Source: an uncultured Gammaproteobacteria bacterium
Lineage (GTDB): Bacteria; Patescibacteriota; Microgenomatia; UBA8517
Length of the DNA stretch: 64,000 nucleotides
Reading direction: 5' to 3'
Assembly (NCBI GenBank): GCA_964422865.1
Contig: CAYRCU010000001.1
Span: forward strand, 5,159-69,158
Position 1 is the stretch's first letter; every line of letters starts with the position of its first letter. Shown piece by piece: positions 55,854 to 64,000 of the stretch. Below the pieces are notes generated by a model that was given only the letters and a program-made list of their open reading frames with translations, had not been told where the DNA came from and ran no database searches. A program made the position numbers and the translations under genes.

Positions 55854-56699
55854 ATGGATGTTCAGAGGGAATTTGAAAAACTAAATATAGCACCTGATCC
55901 GTTGAAAGATCAGTTTTTCTTGATGGATGAGGAGATTATTAAGAAGGTTGCCGGTTTTGCGGATTTAGATAAAAACGATGTTGTTTTGGAGATTGGTGCG
56001 GGGATTGGGAATTTAACACGGGAGATTGCAAGAGAAGCCGGCAGAGTAATTGCTTTCGAGATTGATGAGCAATTTAAGCCGTTTCTTTTGAAACTTCCTA
56101 AAAATGTTGAGGTTCACTATAAAAGTGCCTGGGATTACGTACAGCTTCGTGGAAAGTTTAAAAAGAAAAAAGAATATAATAAAGTTGTTTCGAACTTGCC
56201 CTATTCTTTTGTAGAACCTTTCTTACATAATTTAACCTTTCTTGAATACGATAAAGTTATTCTTCTTGTGCCGACAAAGTTTTTAAAAAAGATTGATGGA
56301 CATGATGTTTTTGGCTCATTTTTTAAAACAAAGGTTTTGCTTAAAGTTCCAAAGGAAAAATTCTATCCAGTTCCAAAAACCAATTCTGTGGTTATTGATT
56401 TAATCAAACTTCCCGATCCCATTGAAACAAGAAATCCGGGCTTATTCCTGCGCCAATATATGTACCAACATGAACAACAATTGGTTAAAAACTCACTTAT
56501 GGAGGGAATAATTAAATATGCAAGATTGGTCAGTTCAAAGAAAATGACTAAGAATGAAGCGAGAGAGAAAGTCGAGAAAAGTGGAATTAACAAGAATTTA
56601 CTTGAAAAACATCCCAATAATCCGGAAATTTATGCGTTGGTAGAAATGAAATTTCATGGTCTAGATTCAGAGTTCTGCAAGAAAAGTGATAAAATCTAG
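55854..56699 (+). CDS. rRNA adenine N6-methyltransferase family (KsgA/Erm-like)
   Basis: DQFFL, VLEIGAGIGNLT, FEID, VSNLPY, FYPVPKTNS. Confidence 0.85.
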   Translation: MDVQREFEKLNIAPDPLKDQFFLMDEEIIKKVAGFADLDKNDVVLEIGAGIGNLTREIAREAGRVIAFEIDEQFKPFLLKLPKNVEVHYKSAWDYVQLRGKFKKKKEYNKVVSNLPYSFVEPFLHNLTFLEYDKVILLVPTKFLKKIDGHDVFGSFFKTKVLLKVPKEKFYPVPKTNSVVIDLIKLPDPIETRNPGLFLRQYMYQHEQQLVKNSLMEGIIKYARLVSSKKMTKNEAREKVEKSGINKNLLEKHPNNPEIYALVEMKFHGLDSEFCKKSDKI

Positions 56700-56759
56700 C
56701 TAATTATACTAAAGTTTACTGAACTAAATAGATTTGTATGAAATCCAAAAAGAAAAATA

Positions 56760-57986
56760 ATGAAGCTATTAGAACTTGAACGAAGAGTGGATGAACTGCT
56801 CACCAGAGGAGTGGTTGATGTTATTGATAGAGAGCACTTGCGCGACAGAATGCTTTCTGGAGATACTTTAAGAGTCAAATTTGGCATTGATCCAACAGGT
56901 CCAGATATTCATATTGGGAGAGGTTCCACAATTAAAAAACTCAGGGAATTTCAAGAATTAGGACATCAAATAGTTTTAATAATCGGTGATGCTACTGCTC
57001 AAATTGGTGACTCCTCAGATAAGGATAGTGCCAGAACGATGTTAACTTCGGAAGAAATCTCTGCAAATGAAACTAAGTATTTAGAACAGATTGGAGAAAT
57101 TATTGACATACAAAATACAGAGATTCATCACAATAGCGAGTGGATTGATCGTCTTACTCCCAAAGACTGGGTTCAGCTAGCAAGCCTTTTTACTCTTCAA
57201 CAAATCGTCCAAAGAGATAATTTCGCTCGCAGGATAAAAAAAGAAATTCCCGTAGGTTTTCATGAGGGATTATATTGTCTGCTCCAGGGATGGGATTCCG
57301 TTAATATCCGAGCAGATGTTGAAATCGGCGGGACTGATCAGTTATTTAATCTTTTAGCAGGAAGAAAGATCCAAGGTCATTTCGATCAAGAACCGCAAGA
57401 TATTATGATACTACAACTTCTTGCTGGAACAGATGGCAGGAAGATGAGCACCAGCTGGGGCAATGTTATCTTAGTTAATGAGTCACCTGAGGAGAAATAT
57501 GGGAAAGTAATGAGAATAGCTGATCATCTTATACCAGTCTATCTTGAAAGTGCGACTCTTGTGTCTTTACAAAGGGTTCAAGAGATAAAAACCTCACTTG
57601 AAGAAGGTGAGGGAAATCCAATGGATTACAAAAAGGAGTTAGCTTATGAAATAGTCAAATTTTATGATGGAGAAGAATCCGCCCGATATGCTCAGGCACA
57701 TTTTGAAAGAGTTGTTCAGCGTCAAGAATCCCCTGGAGAGATAATGACCATAGATGTTTCTCCAAATATCAGCGTATCGGAACTTTTTGACATTTTGAAA
57801 AGAACTAATTTTGTAAGAAGTAAAGCAGACGCTAAACGACTTATGGAACAAGGGGCAATTAAAATTGAGGATAAAGAATTCAGAGTTGACGATTTGAAGT
57901 CCAAGATTGAAATACCAACTACATCAAATGGCATAATTGTGAAGGTCGGAAAGAGAAGATTCCTGTGCTTAACAAGAAAAAAGTAA
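56760..57986 (+). CDS. tyrS: Tyrosine--tRNA ligase
   Basis: GIDPTGPDIHIGR, IGDATAQIGD, LQGWDS, EIGGTDQLFN, KMSTS, C-terminal S4-like KVGKR. Confidence 0.95.
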   Translation: MKLLELERRVDELLTRGVVDVIDREHLRDRMLSGDTLRVKFGIDPTGPDIHIGRGSTIKKLREFQELGHQIVLIIGDATAQIGDSSDKDSARTMLTSEEISANETKYLEQIGEIIDIQNTEIHHNSEWIDRLTPKDWVQLASLFTLQQIVQRDNFARRIKKEIPVGFHEGLYCLLQGWDSVNIRADVEIGGTDQLFNLLAGRKIQGHFDQEPQDIMILQLLAGTDGRKMSTSWGNVILVNESPEEKYGKVMRIADHLIPVYLESATLVSLQRVQEIKTSLEEGEGNPMDYKKELAYEIVKFYDGEESARYAQAHFERVVQRQESPGEIMTIDVSPNISVSELFDILKRTNFVRSKADAKRLMEQGAIKIEDKEFRVDDLKSKIEIPTTSNGIIVKVGKRRFLCLTRKK

Positions 57987-58063
57987 TATTAACAGTGATT
58001 TATGCTCAGCGTTGCCAAACTATCTTTTAATGACTGAGTTTTGAAAAAATAGTTTTATTTAGA

Positions 58064-59230
58064 TTAACCTACAAATGTTAAGGCAATTCCTTTTTTGTTA
58101 GCTCTACCTGTTCTGCCTATTCTGTGAATATAGGCTTCATAGCTTTCTGGAAGATCGTAGTTAATAACATGGGTAATGTCTTCAATATCTATTCCTCTTG
58201 AGGCTACATCTGTTGCAATTAAAATATTTACCCTGCCTCGGCGAAATTGGTCCAGGGATCTTTGTCTCTGGTTTTGAGTCTTGTTCCCGTGTAAAACGGT
58301 TACTTGAAACCTGATTCTTGAAAGGTTTCTGTACAGCGTGTCTGCACCTCTTTTTGTTCGCGTAAAAATAAGGGTTTTTGACACTTCCTTTTTGTCTAAA
58401 AGTTCGCATAAAATATCAGACTTGTTTCTGCCTTTAAGTTCAATAATATCTTGATGCACATTTGTGCTTGTGTCTGCAGTTTTTACTGAAATCATCACGG
58501 GGTTTACAATAAACTTGCTCATTACACCTTTCACTTTTTCGTCGAGAGTCGCTGCGAAAAAAAGTGATTGCCTGTTTTGAGGGAGTTTTGAGATGATTTT
58601 ATTTACATCGTGGATAAATCCCATATCAAGCATGCGATCTACTTCATCCAAAACAATTGAATCAAATTTGCTAAAATCAATTCTCCTTTGGTTTTCCAGA
58701 TCAAGCAGTCTCCCCGGGGTTCCTACCACAAAATGAGGACTCCTTTGAAGCTTGTTAATTTGACCACGAATTGAAACTCCGCCAATACAGATTGCAGAAT
58801 ATATGTTCAATCCCCTAGAAAAACTTTGAAGCTCTTTGTCAATTTGTACAGCCAGTTCACGCGTAGGGGCAATTATTAAAACACGAGAATTTCTATTAAG
58901 GCAGATCTTGTTGATTAATGGAATCAAAAAGGCTGCTGTCTTTCCGGTGCCTGTGTTTGCAACACCCACTACATCACGACCGGATATAATTTGCGGTATA
59001 GCCTGGTCTTGGATTGGGGTAGGAGTGCTATATCCGTGGGCTGCAATGTTTTTATAAAGCTGCGCATTGAGGGTAAAGTCTGAGAATTTGTTTTTAATTT
59101 CATAGACATCAGAAACCGGACTTGTTACTTTTCCAATAACAGTCCTTGGGTCGAAGCTGCGAATTCTAGCTCTTTGTGGATTATAATTCCTTCTACGCGA
59201 AAAGCGCGAGTATTTTTTTTGCCTGTACAT
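58064..59230 (-). CDS. DEAD-box RNA helicase
   Basis: PTPIQ, TGTGKT, PTRELA, TPGRL, DEVD, HRIGRTGR. Confidence 0.96.
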   Translation of the reverse strand: MYRQKKYSRFSRRRNYNPQRARIRSFDPRTVIGKVTSPVSDVYEIKNKFSDFTLNAQLYKNIAAHGYSTPTPIQDQAIPQIISGRDVVGVANTGTGKTAAFLIPLINKICLNRNSRVLIIAPTRELAVQIDKELQSFSRGLNIYSAICIGGVSIRGQINKLQRSPHFVVGTPGRLLDLENQRRIDFSKFDSIVLDEVDRMLDMGFIHDVNKIISKLPQNRQSLFFAATLDEKVKGVMSKFIVNPVMISVKTADTSTNVHQDIIELKGRNKSDILCELLDKKEVSKTLIFTRTKRGADTLYRNLSRIRFQVTVLHGNKTQNQRQRSLDQFRRGRVNILIATDVASRGIDIEDITHVINYDLPESYEAYIHRIGRTGRANKKGIALTFVG

Positions 59231-59410
59231 ATTAGTTTCAAATGAAACTGTTTATATTAAAGGGAATGCAAGTGTTTGAAGGAAAGATACGTTATTAAAT
59301 GTAGTTTCTGGAGTACCCTTACTTACGGACTTAAATCAAATTAAAAAAACAGTCTTTGGCTCCGAATTAACGGAACAGATGTCAGTGTAACAGGTTATAT
59401 GCATTTGTCA
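59231..59410 (-). promoter_or_regulatory. Helicase promoter and ~150-nt 5' UTR
   Basis: TTGACA-N16-TACACT at about 59410-59383; no ORF in the leader. Confidence 0.5.
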
Positions 59411-59889
59411 AGAAACTATGAGGTGTTTTAAGTATCACACAGGTTACACGCACTGAAGTTGCGCTAAGAACCGCTTTTGTCTCTAAAATTGTTTATTAAT
59501 GCTCAGTGTAAATGAAATTGTCCTTTGCGTTTGCAACGTAGATTTGTCAACTAAGGTGTAATCTATTAACTTTTGCTTGATATTTGCAGGTAGGTTAACA
59601 AACAGTTAGGTAAATTTTATGCCTATCTCGCCCCTGGCATGCCATAACTGCTGCAAAGAGAAGCTAAAACCTGCTTGGTTTCTGGGTCAATATCGTGCAA
59701 CTCAAGCTGAAGATGATCGCCGATGCAGAGTAAATTCAACAATTTATCCCAGTAAAAAATAAACCGATTGCAGCTATTCTTTTCCAATCTCCTTCTATTT
59801 TCCTTGACATCTTAGTTTGCTGCTAAATTCTTCCTTGCTGCCCTCACGTGCCTATATTGTAAAATTAAGTAAACCAAAGTACAAACACC

Positions 59890-60120
59890 ATGCCTGAGCG
59901 CAAAACTAGACTTAAAAAATGCTGTATACTTTGCCCGTTTAAAGGCGACCCTGAAGTAAGGGTTGACCACGAGCTTCAATGCACAGATAAGGAATACGAA
60001 GCCTGTAATCACCGATATGGCAGTGCAGAAAACATGTTCAATCCGTTCATCAAGTCCGACCGCTGGGAAGTGGGACGCCTCCTACCAGGAGGAGATGAAA
60101 TAATCATCAGAACAAAATAG
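59890..60120 (+). CDS. Small Cys-rich hypothetical protein
   Basis: CCILC...C...C, 76 aa. Confidence 0.45.
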   Translation: MPERKTRLKKCCILCPFKGDPEVRVDHELQCTDKEYEACNHRYGSAENMFNPFIKSDRWEVGRLLPGGDEIIIRTK

Positions 60121-60242
60121 TGAATAATTTTAGTTGGAAAAATTATCGGAAGGGAAAGAGGAGGAAATAATAAGAAATTCTTTGAAGGCACTTAGGCACA
60201 CTTTACCTTCGGGAACTTATTACAACGGTGTTCTTGAAACTC

Positions 60243-61157
60243 TCAAGCCGATTGTAAAATCTTTCTAACATTATCAACTATTTGTTGGTGAACGCTAACG
60301 AGCATAGCTGGAGTAGCTATCTTTGAATCGGAAACTAAACTCTTAATGGAAGCTGCAGGGATTTCGGTTACAATGGGGCCATTCCAGCCTGCATCTCTAA
60401 TTAGTTCCAACAAAGGAACTATATCTGTTTCTCTTTCTCCACTGTATATATCTTTCAATTCCTGCATTGAATCAAAAGGCCCATGAAAATCGCTTCTACC
60501 CACTCCCAGATGAATTGCTCTTGTGCTTGGAAGTAAAGCCGGTACGACCTCTTGCCATGGCCCAAACTGTGTTTGAAAGCCTTGAGAGACTTGCCTGCGA
60601 ATATGAAATAAATCAAGACAAAATTCATAATCTCTTCTCCTGGCTTCGTTTACAAACTCGTCAACGGTTTCAGCTCCCCAAGCTCCCATAAGCTCCGGTG
60701 CTGGTTGAATAAGTTTATTTCCCAGTCTATCAAAAGCCTCCGGTTTTGTTTCGCCCATCCATTCGTTTGGAGGATAAACAACTACAGGTAGATCCTTGCC
60801 CAGTGCTTCTTGCAATTTTTCTAAATCTTTTAAGGAAGCAAACTTTTCAGGTAAGGTAATAAATGCTTGAGCCGCCAACTTAGGATTGGGATGTCTCCTT
60901 ACTTCTCGTAGATTTCTCTCTGTTCTAAAGCTTTGATGGGCTGACCTGACTGAATTAAGAGCATCTTTAGTTAAGAGACCTATTCTCACCTGGGTATGTG
61001 GAATTCTAAAGGGGAAATATTCTATCCCTGAGTAGCCAGCTTTTTTGGCAACAGCTGAGTAAAACTCCATGGGAGCTAATAATGCCCACAAGGTTGAGGT
61101 GTCAACCATGTTTTGCATTGAAAAGTTAACTTCAATCTCTGGCTTTCTTTCAGCCAT
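60243..61157 (-). CDS. Xylose isomerase-like TIM barrel protein
   Basis: AGYSGIE, CLDLFH, IHL, WNGPIVTE. Confidence 0.65.
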   Translation of the reverse strand: MAERKPEIEVNFSMQNMVDTSTLWALLAPMEFYSAVAKKAGYSGIEYFPFRIPHTQVRIGLLTKDALNSVRSAHQSFRTERNLREVRRHPNPKLAAQAFITLPEKFASLKDLEKLQEALGKDLPVVVYPPNEWMGETKPEAFDRLGNKLIQPAPELMGAWGAETVDEFVNEARRRDYEFCLDLFHIRRQVSQGFQTQFGPWQEVVPALLPSTRAIHLGVGRSDFHGPFDSMQELKDIYSGERETDIVPLLELIRDAGWNGPIVTEIPAASIKSLVSDSKIATPAMLVSVHQQIVDNVRKILQSA

Positions 61158-61271
61158 TTAGGGTATTATACACTCTGCTCCTGCAAGGAGGGAAGGTTGT
61201 GGTATACAATGTTTTGAACTTATTTTACTACAGTAAAACAACCTGTTTTTATCCCCGCTTTTGCTTAATAA

Positions 61272-61898
61272 TTAATCCTTTTTTCTAAGAAATAAGGATT
61301 GAAAATGAAAGTTTGGTTTATCACTTCCAATATCTATTGATTGAAAATCAATTATCTCGAAGTTGTCTTTTACCACCCTTTTTAATGACTCATCTGACAA
61401 AAAAGAGAAAAATCTTGGCAAGCCCATTTTGCTTTTATCGGTAAATGTTTCCTCTTTATCGTAACCACCATACACTCCATAAAAGAAAATGCCCTCTTTA
61501 TTAAGTGTGCCTGTGATGTTATTTAAAATTTCTTCTAGATCTTTACTTGGAACGTGAAGTAACACGTTCATTGAGAATACACCATCATATTTCTTCTTCA
61601 ATGAGGACAAGTCATACAAGTCTACTACTTTTGCATCTAGACCCCTTTTTCTGCACATTTTTATCATCTCGGATGACAAATCTGTAGCTAACACACCAAA
61701 GCCTTTGTCTTGAAAGAACTTTGCGTCCAATCCTGCACCCGAACCTAGTTCTAATATTGTTTTCTTGCCTTCATTCTTTAGGAGTTTTGCAAACTTTTCT
61801 TTTATATCAAGTTTCCACTGGTCTCGTTTTTCTTCAGCACTATCTCTTCTTTTTGCATCTTTGTTGTAGGCCTTAATAAGTTGCCCTTTGAAATCCAT
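61272..61898 (-). CDS. Class I SAM-dependent methyltransferase
   Basis: ILELGSGAG, TDLS, NVLLHVP. Confidence 0.9.
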   Translation of the reverse strand: MDFKGQLIKAYNKDAKRRDSAEEKRDQWKLDIKEKFAKLLKNEGKKTILELGSGAGLDAKFFQDKGFGVLATDLSSEMIKMCRKRGLDAKVVDLYDLSSLKKKYDGVFSMNVLLHVPSKDLEEILNNITGTLNKEGIFFYGVYGGYDKEETFTDKSKMGLPRFFSFLSDESLKRVVKDNFEIIDFQSIDIGSDKPNFHFQSLFLRKKD

Positions 61899-61987
61899 AA
61901 TTACATTATACTAGTTCGGTAGTTCGAATTCTTACAGGATTTGAGCAGTTTGAATACCTATCTATTCCAAGTGTGCTGCCGCTAAAC

Positions 61988-62005
61988 CTGCCTGCCGGCA
62001 GGCAG
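61988..62005. repeat. Perfect 18-bp GC palindrome (REP-like)
   Basis: CTGCCTGCC|GGCAGGCAG in an intergenic region. Confidence 0.6.
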
Positions 62006-62129
62006 ATGAGACAAATGAGACAGTATAAAAGGCGTGTCTCGGAGTTCTTTGATGACATCTTTTGATACAGTTGGAGGTTTGGTGAGAATTATCCGCCAAT
62101 ATTGATTATTTTATGTAGAGTAGAGTAGA

Positions 62130-63125
62130 TTAATAAAATATTGTATAAGTTCTGTGGTATGGCTTTTCAACCTTTGTTTGGTCCTGACTTAGCAGCCACA
62201 ATGCATTATCAATTTGACTTGCGGTGTATTTCTTAAGTTTCCTTTTAATCAAATCGATTCCTTGGATTGTGGCAGATCTGATTTCAAGCTCTTCTGAACT
62301 GAATGCTGGGATTATCTTGTAATCGTTAACTTTTTTGGAAAGGTCATGAGAATATTTAATAACACCAAAATGCCTCAACATTTGGGGGATTTTGTAATCT
62401 GCAAAGGCTGTCAATGTATCAAGATTTTTTATCTTAAGCCTTTTATTGTTTCTAGTTATGTATGACAGGTCATTCGTGAGAATTTGTGCTTTTTTCAGGA
62501 AATAAATTTTTTCTCCTTTGTATTCTGCTTCATCTCTGAACGATGGAAAATTATCATAAATTAATTTGACGATATAAACAGCGTCGAATTTAGCTTGCTC
62601 GATTAAATTAATAAATTTGCCATCAAATTTTTTTGATAATACGCCACCTGCTTCAATTAAATTATTTAATCTGTTTTGAATAAGAGGTATTTCTGTTTCA
62701 TTAGCGCTTCTGAAAAAAGATTTTATCTCTCTCAAAGTAAGATTTGACAAGAATTTGGCATCTAAAATGGGAACATTTTCAGCTTGTGCTCTTTTAAAAA
62801 CTGCAAGTAGACTATACCATCCACCGGAAATAATATTTCCTTCCGGCCATTCAACACTCCATTTTTCAGTGTTCTTTTCTGACCAAAAACAGAAATTTAC
62901 CACATCTTGAATAAAAACTAATTGCACGTCCTCTTCGTATTTACCAGTTAATCCAAGACCATAGCTTGATTCGTCTAAACCTTTCTTTAGCTTTTTTTGA
63001 ATAAGATTTGAAATAATACCTATTTGAGATAAATCCAACTTTACGTGATTAGCTTTTCGAACAACTCCTTGAGTGGAAGATAATACTCCAAACGGATCAT
63101 TGCTATTTGACTTAACTTGCAACAT
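62130..63125 (-). CDS. Queuosine salvage protein (DUF2419/QNG1 family)
   Basis: DVVNFCFW, FPSFRD, FLKKAQI, LTAFADYKIPQMLR, EIRSAT, IDNALW, PYHRTYTIFY. Confidence 0.9.
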   Translation of the reverse strand: MLQVKSNSNDPFGVLSSTQGVVRKANHVKLDLSQIGIISNLIQKKLKKGLDESSYGLGLTGKYEEDVQLVFIQDVVNFCFWSEKNTEKWSVEWPEGNIISGGWYSLLAVFKRAQAENVPILDAKFLSNLTLREIKSFFRSANETEIPLIQNRLNNLIEAGGVLSKKFDGKFINLIEQAKFDAVYIVKLIYDNFPSFRDEAEYKGEKIYFLKKAQILTNDLSYITRNNKRLKIKNLDTLTAFADYKIPQMLRHFGVIKYSHDLSKKVNDYKIIPAFSSEELEIRSATIQGIDLIKRKLKKYTASQIDNALWLLSQDQTKVEKPYHRTYTIFY

Positions 63126-63221
63126 GAACGTATTTTAACAGATATGTGATTGTTGGTAATCTTGACAGTCAAGCACCCCTTTCGTTGCACACTCTTTCTA
63201 AACGGCTAGGAATTGGTGCTA

Positions 63222-63528
63222 TTATTGTTTCTTGTTTTTTATTAACCTATGCCATATATCTGATATCTTTTTTGGAAACACACCTCTTCTTCTTTCCTCT
63301 TTGACTCTGGCTGTTTCTTTTTCAGTTATTTCTTTTGGAACTTTATACTTACTCAAGTTTTTCCAGATAATATTGCCTCTTGGCTTTTTACCTTTTGGCA
63401 AATCCTTATGATCCTTATTGGTCCATTCCCTCAACACACCAGCTTCAATTAATTCTTGTCTTAGCTTATAAGCTCTTATATAACCTATTTTAAAGGATTT
63501 TTTTATTCTCTCGCTCCATTTTTTTCAT
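63222..63528 (-). pseudogene. Frameshifted small protein with FtsK-gamma-like winged-helix motif
   Basis: The open frame upstream of the listed ORF reads KIGYIRAYKLRQELIEAGVL; ATG 63528 is one base out of frame across an A7 run. Confidence 0.4.
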
Positions 63529-63761
63529 TGATGGCTCTCATTCTCGCTATCGCATGATAAAAAGTTTTGTGTGTTTGCTCATATATTTATTAAAGTAATT
63601 TCAACATTTTGGTTTTTAGTTCGCTAGAAAATTCTTCCAGATTAGAATACTTTTTTTAAAATAAATTTATTCACTCCCATTTTCTGGGCGTCTTCGAGTA
63701 TAGAATCTTTATATTATTCATAATCTACTATTCACAAGCAAAGCTTGGCAATCATCTAAAG

Positions 63762-64000
63762 CTAATTGTAAAACCAATCCCATCCGGGGCTTTCTACTTC
63801 TTTAATTTTGCTTCTGAGCATTTTGTAAACTCCGTCTTCAAGTACCGTTTGCCAAGTGCCTTCGTAATAGTGATAATCTACTTCGTCATCGTTCCAGTTT
63901 TTAGTTGAGAATTTAACAAAAACTGTATCGTTCGTATTTTCGTATGGTTCGGATATGAAGACCTGTACATCCAGAATATCAGTAAATCTATTTGTCCATT
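63762..64000 (-). CDS. Hypothetical protein, 3' end only
   Basis: Manual translation of an open frame: WTNRFTDILDV...YYEGTWQTV...GWDWFYN*. Confidence 0.65.
   Translation of the reverse strand, partial: WTNRFTDILDVQVFISEPYENTNDTVFVKFSTKNWNDDEVDYHYYEGTWQTVLEDGVYKMLRSKIKEVESPGWDWFYN

Noticed and set aside
59420-59880. Possible gene or ncRNA between the helicase and the Cys-rich ORF
   Set aside because: Only stop-interrupted fragments and no recognisable structure; probably a decayed gene

Overview
Bacterial chromosomal window using the standard code (TGA is a stop). The gene content and many short orphan membrane proteins suggest a CPR/Patescibacteria (Microgenomates-like) genome; this is inference. 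Housekeeping genes: ftsE-ftsX, prfB, secA, rarA, serS, lysS, greA, cysS, tRNA-Glu(CTC), lon, uppP, truB, clpB, tyrS and a DEAD-box helicase. The main accessory block is a ~13.6 kb metal/thiol-redox cluster (36.3-49.9 kb) made of four modules, each with a visible candidate operator. (i) BlaI plus a BlaR1-like protease with a Cys tail, ahead of dsbA-ccdA-DUF3105. (ii) ArsR-merT-merP-merA. (iii) CsoR plus four uncharacterised Cys-motif envelope proteins, one a rhodanese/DUF1573 fusion. (iv) CsoR/RcnR-copper ATPase-CC peptide-archaeal-type GAPDH. Modules i, iii and iv are the best candidates for undescribed systems. Other points of note: a circularly permuted M23 peptidase after ftsEX, a leader-peptide attenuator before an amino-acid racemase, many -10 boxes lying 5-7 nt before ATG (leaderless genes), two in-frame internal deletions (SOD, Nudix), a REP/dRS3-like cluster and a radical SAM gene missed by the ORF track. 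No rRNA, CRISPR array or intact transposase/integrase was seen. All family assignments come from motif recognition by eye, not database searches.
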